Shown piece by piece: positions 62,235 to 64,000 of a stretch of 64,000 nucleotides of DNA. Numbering within the stretch: the stretch's first letter is position 1; each line of letters begins with the position of its first letter. Source of the stretch: Chiloscyllium plagiosum (Eukaryota); NCBI RefSeq assembly GCF_004010195.1, contig NC_057751.1:16979585-17043584 (forward strand), in the 5' to 3' direction. The position numbers and the translations under genes are program-made. The notes beneath the pieces were generated by a model. That model ran no database searches. It worked only from the letters and a program-made list of their open reading frames with translations, and was not told the origin of the DNA.

Positions 62235-62885
62235 ATCCCTAACTGTCCCCTTGAGAAGGTGGGGAGGGGGGGGGGGGTGAGCTGCCATCTTGAACCCCCA
62301 TCTTGGTGTAGGCACCCTCAGGGAGGGAGTCCCAGGATTCTGACCCAGCCACACTGAAGGAAACGGCCGATATAGTTCCCAAGTCGGGACGGTGAGGGGC
62401 TCGGAGGGGAACTTGCAGGGGGTGGTGGTGTTCCCAGTGTACCTGCTGCCCCTTGTTCTCGACGGAAGTGGCCGTGAGGTTTGGAAGGTGATGTCTGAGG
62501 AGCCCTGGGGAGTTGCTGCAGTGCGTCTTGTAGATGGTACCCACTGCTGCTACTGAGCGTCGGGGGGTGGAGGGAGTGGGGGTTTGTGGGTGTGGGGACA
62601 ATCGAGCGGGGGCTGCTTTGTCCCTGGATGGTGTCGAGCTTCTCGAGTGTTGTTGGAGCTGACCCCCCCCCCCAATCCAGAGCAAGTGGGGAATATTCCA
62701 TCACCCCCTCCTGACTAGGGCCTTGTCGATGGTGGGACGGGGCTTTGGGGAGAGTCAGGAGGGGAGTTGATCGCTCCCAGCCTCTGACCTGCTCTTGGAG
62801 CCATCATATCTCTATGGGCTGGTCCAGTTCAGCCTCTGGTCAATGGTAACCCCCAGTACATTGACAGTGGGGAGATTCAGTGACG
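62235..62885 (-). mobile_element. CR1-group/L2-like LINE 3' fragment
   Basis: MMEYSPLALD...APTTLEKLDTIQ; similar to the copy at 59.2-59.8 kb. Confidence 0.7.
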
Positions 62886-63184
62886 GCAATTTGTACTCTT
62901 TTATTTGTGGGTGCCGTGAGACCAGTACAGAGTCATACAGCACAGAAGCAGATCCTTTGATCGTACCTCTATGTTCCAACTAGCACTAAACCATTTGTCC
63001 GCAAGCATTTCTTGCCCATTGGCAATTACGGGTTAACGCGAATGCTTTGGGCCTGGAGTCATGTCTAGGCCGGACCAAATAAGGGTGGCAACTTCCTTAC
63101 GCAAAGGGAACTTGGGGGGGGTTTCCGACAATCCCGAATGATCATTCGATTCTTAATTCCAGATTTTTACTCAACAAAGAATGT

Positions 63185-63985
63185 TCCAGAACAGGAACAG
63201 GCCCTTCGGCCCTCCTGCGCTGATCCAGATCCTCCATCTAAACCCGTCGCCTATTTTCTCAGGGTCTGTCTCCCTCTGCTCCCTGTCCATTCATGGATTG
63301 GTCTAGATACATCTTAAGTGACAATATCGTGCCCACCTCTACCACCTCCACTGGCAACGCGCTCCAGGCACCCACCGTCCTCTGCACCCACGCAATATCC
63401 CCCTTAAATTGTCCCCCTCTCACTTTGAACCCGTGACCCCTAGTAATTGATTCCACCCCCCTCCCCCCCCCCGGGGGAAAAGTTTCTTGCTATCCCCCCT
63501 GTCTATTCCTCTCATGATTTTGTAACCAATGAAAGTAATCCTAACCTACTCAACCTCTCCTCATAGCTAGCTCCCTCCATACCAGGCAACAGCCCGGTGA
63601 ACCTTGGATAAAACCAATTACTGCGGATGCTGGAATCTGAAACCAAAAGGGAAAATGCTGGAAAAATCTCAGCAGGTCTGGCAGCATCTGTAAGGAGAGA
63701 AAAGAGCTGACGTCTCGAGTCTCACTGACACTTTGTCAAAGCTTTTGACTCGGAACGTCAGCTCTTTTCTCTCCTTACAGATGCTGCCAGACCTGCTGAG
63801 ATTTTCCAGCATTTTCTCTTTTGGTTCCTGGTGAACCTCCCCCTGCACCCTCTCCAAAGCGTCCACATCCTTTTGGTAATGTGGCGACCAGAACTGTACG
63901 CGGTATTCCCAAATGCGGCCGAGCCAAAGTCCTATACATCTGTAACATGACCTGCCAAGCATTGTACTCAATACCCCGTCCAAGC
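63185..63985 (-). mobile_element. CR1 3' fragment interrupted by a palindromic mini-element (63605-63826)
   Basis: EYRVQFWSPHYQKDVDALERVQ. Insert has inverted arms and TSD CCCGGTGAACCT (63593-63604) and CCTGGTGAACCT (63827-63838). Confidence 0.88.
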
Positions 63986-64000
63986 AGGCCGTATTATGCT

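Overview
Vertebrate nuclear DNA, most likely a shark: it carries HE1-type tRNA-derived SINEs, HER1/CR1 LINEs and abundant Penelope elements. The scaffold has six N-gaps. The one confidently identifiable gene is histone variant H2A.Z.2 (H2AZ2/H2AFV), intact at 128 aa over five canonical GT-AG exons. However, exons 1-2 are on the + strand (14052-14054, 18485-18562) and exons 3-5 are on the - strand (35101 down to 30357). Exons 3-5 sit inside a block (25353-47244) bounded by two exactly 500-N gaps, so a scaffolding orientation error is the most likely cause. The gene has a CCAAT/GC-box CpG-island promoter. The rest is mostly decayed transposons (CR1, Rex1/Babar, L2/CR1-group, Penelope, a Gypsy gag fragment, SINEs) and minisatellites. 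The most interesting non-coding signals are (i) about 200-bp ORF-less palindromic Penelope-derived insertions flanked by 12-15 bp target-site duplications, some with a hammerhead ribozyme core at the hairpin centre, and (ii) several minimal hammerhead motifs in Penelope termini. Repeat boundaries were read by eye and are approximate.
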